From positions 183,906,959-183,967,041 of the forward strand of contig NC_068981.1 in NCBI RefSeq assembly GCF_001194135.2: a stretch of 60,083 nt of DNA, given 5' to 3'. Under the pieces are notes generated by a model. It ran no database searches. It was not told where the DNA came from and worked only from the letters and a program-made list of their open reading frames with translations. Every line of letters starts with the position of its first letter. The first letter of the stretch is position 1. Made by a program: the position numbers and the translations under genes. The stretch comes from Octopus bimaculoides (taxonomy: Eukaryota). This document shows, piece after piece, positions 57,741 to 60,083 of this stretch.

Positions 57741-58699
57741 TTTTCTTTTGACAATCCTTAAAAAAACCATTTCAATACAATGAAAGTGGTAGATAGGAAA
57801 ACGAATAGCCCTTCTCTCTCTCCTTTACCCTACCCATCTTTCTATCTGTCTGTCTGTCTATCGACTGACGTGTTGTCACATCTGTTCTGAAGGTAAACCT
57901 TATTTTTGACCATTTAAAGCCCACATTTTGTTATTTTTGTCCATAAGGTATGTGAAACACCCAACTTTTGTTTGAGTGTGTTTCCAAGGGAGGAATTAGC
58001 CCCTAGGAGCAGTTTCAACCTCATTTTAATCTATATATTTTCTTCCCGACATTGAAAAATGTCGAGAAAATGTTATTGTAGAACGCTGGTCAAATTCGTT
58101 CAAGGACCAGCATTTCTCTAGGCTTGAAACGCTAGGAAAAAAGAAAAAAAAGAATAACTCATACACGCACACACACACACACACCAAATCAACAACAGTC
58201 ATGGAAAAATACAAATGAAGCAAAGACAAGTATTACAAACTTAAAAGTGAACGCTGTCAATGTCATGGATACTGCAACCACGACCGTTAACAGCCCTATC
58301 ACCACTACCACCACGACCAACAGTGATACTGTCGCAAAGCCGTCAAACTGTTTGAAAGAAAAGACCATCGCTACAAATAAAACTTCACCTACTGCAAAAA
58401 CAGATACCTCTGCCAACAACACTACCAAAAACTAATCCAATTTCGCAGAAGCATTGAAACAAAAAAAAAGACCCTTCTACATTTCATACCAGAACAAATT
58501 AAACAAACCAAAGCCCTGTTAACTGAAAAGGGATCAATATAACCATTATGACAACCCCACTCAGAACCGACCACAACAAAGAACGCACAATAGACCAAGG
58601 GTTAGTGGAAGACTATTAACAGGAACACTAATACCTTGACCGTGTCCTTNNNNNNNNNNNNNNNNNNNNNNNNNNNNNNNNNNNNNNCCAGTAACTTCT

Positions 58700-59410
58700 C
58701 TCCTTTCTCACATCCATGACACCAACCACGCGCTTCGTTTATTCAACTCTTTCTCCTTCCCTCCTGGCCCTTCTAAGCTTCTTTTCACCCTCGACATCCA
58801 GAGCCTCTACACGGTGATCCCTCACGACGAGGGGCTGCATGCACTTAAACATTTCCTTGACCTCCGACCCAACACCTCCACACTCGTTCGTCTGGCCAAA
58901 CTTATCCTTTCACTCAACTGCTTCTCGTTCGTAGGTGATTTCTACCAGCAGGTCTCACGAGTGACTATGGGAACGAGAATGGGCCCCAACTATGTGAACC
59001 TGTTTATAGGCTATGTTGAGGTACAAATATTCTCAAGTTTCACTGGTCCTACTCCCGAACTATATGGCAGTTCAACTCGTTCCTCTCTTTTCTCAAATCC
59101 TTCCATCCTGCCCTCCACTTCTCCTGCACTATCTCTACACCTCTGTCCCCTTTCTTGACATTTCGGTCAGCATTCATCACTCCACTCTTACCACCTCCAC
59201 CCACTACAAACACAAAGACTCACAGTCTTATCTTAACTTCTCCTCCTCCCACCCTAAACACACCAAGCTTTCCATCCCCTATCCCTCTGTCTATGCAGGC
59301 TGTAGTGACAACCATGACTGAGACTCAGTCTCAACTCATGCCTGGCCACTTCATCCTACAGGGATATCCCCTCACCACCATTCACACCGCCCTTGCCAGA
59401 GCACGTTCCG
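58700..59410 (+). mobile_element. Penelope-like RT fragment 4
   Basis: LFTLDIQSLYTVIPHDEGL, FYQQVSRVTMGTRMGPNYVNLFIGY, PFLDISV..YLNFSSSHP. Confidence 0.85.
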
Positions 59411-59519
59411 TGGACCGTGCATCTGCTCTCTTTCTTATTATTATCTGAGAATGTATATATGTATTTTAATACTTTTGTGACAACCTGTACTTAACACAAA
59501 AAGCTTCTTCCGTGTGTGC

Positions 59520-59818
59520 ATGTAGACACTGTCAACGACCTCCTGTTTGCCGATGACAGCGCTCTCAATGCTGCCACAGAGTCCAACATGCAGCACAGTG
59601 TTGACTTGTTCTCTGGCGCCTGCAACAATTTTTGGCCTTACTATCAATACAAAAAAGACTGAGGTAATGTATCAGCCAGCACCAACAAAGCCCTATGTTG
59701 AACCCAACATCACCATCAACGAGCAGGGACTGAACGCAGTGGACAAGTTCATCTACTTTGGCAGCACATTCTCTAGAAATGTTGTCAATGACGAAATCAA
59801 CGCCAAACTCGCCAAATG
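59520..59818 (+). mobile_element. RTE/BovB-like LINE RT fragment
   Basis: LLFADDSAL followed, after a frameshift, by FGLTINTKKTEVMYQPAP..VDKFIYFGST. Confidence 0.85.
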
Positions 59819-60083
59819 CTGGTTTCCATGCATTTCCCTGAAGAGAAGATTACATTCTTATCAACATCACCTATTCTTATGGAAGGTATATTTTGTAATC
59901 TTCGAAACATATGTTGGAAATAAAAGTATTCAGTTAACATATGCGTTTTACTCCATTTACTAAATTTATATATAGATTTCGGAGTACCGATGAACTTTTA
60001 TGTAAATATATCAAATTAAAGATTCTATGAGGTGTATTACAATGGACAATACCAAGTGGAATCTCACCTTTCAGCTCTCATGT

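Noticed and set aside
58189-58435. Thr-rich ORF as a mucin-like exon
   Set aside because: Short, stop-bounded, no splice signals, and embedded among retroelement fragments.

Overview
AT-rich, gapped eukaryotic scaffold; the repeat families point to an octopus genome (inference from recognised SINE sequences). Two protein-coding genes lie on the + strand. The first is a CCDC85C-like coiled-coil gene with 7 coding exons (20601-35642); exon 3 runs into an N gap. The second is a two-exon two-pore-domain (K2P/TWiK) potassium channel gene (45030-50903, 493 aa). The remainder is mostly repeats: four SINE-like families, TA- and TTAA-flanked MITEs, a rearranged mariner element, RTE and CR1 LINE fragments, a Helitron fragment, a cluster of Penelope-like RT fragments, and micro/minisatellites. 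The most notable unannotated signal is a short interspersed family present as inverted (foldback) pairs. Its consensus rebuilds a minimal Penelope-type hammerhead ribozyme (CUGAUGA-A-stem II-GAAAC-GUU). Every individual copy here carries a core mutation, so activity is inferred from the consensus only. No CRISPR array, rRNA or genuine tRNA gene is supported.
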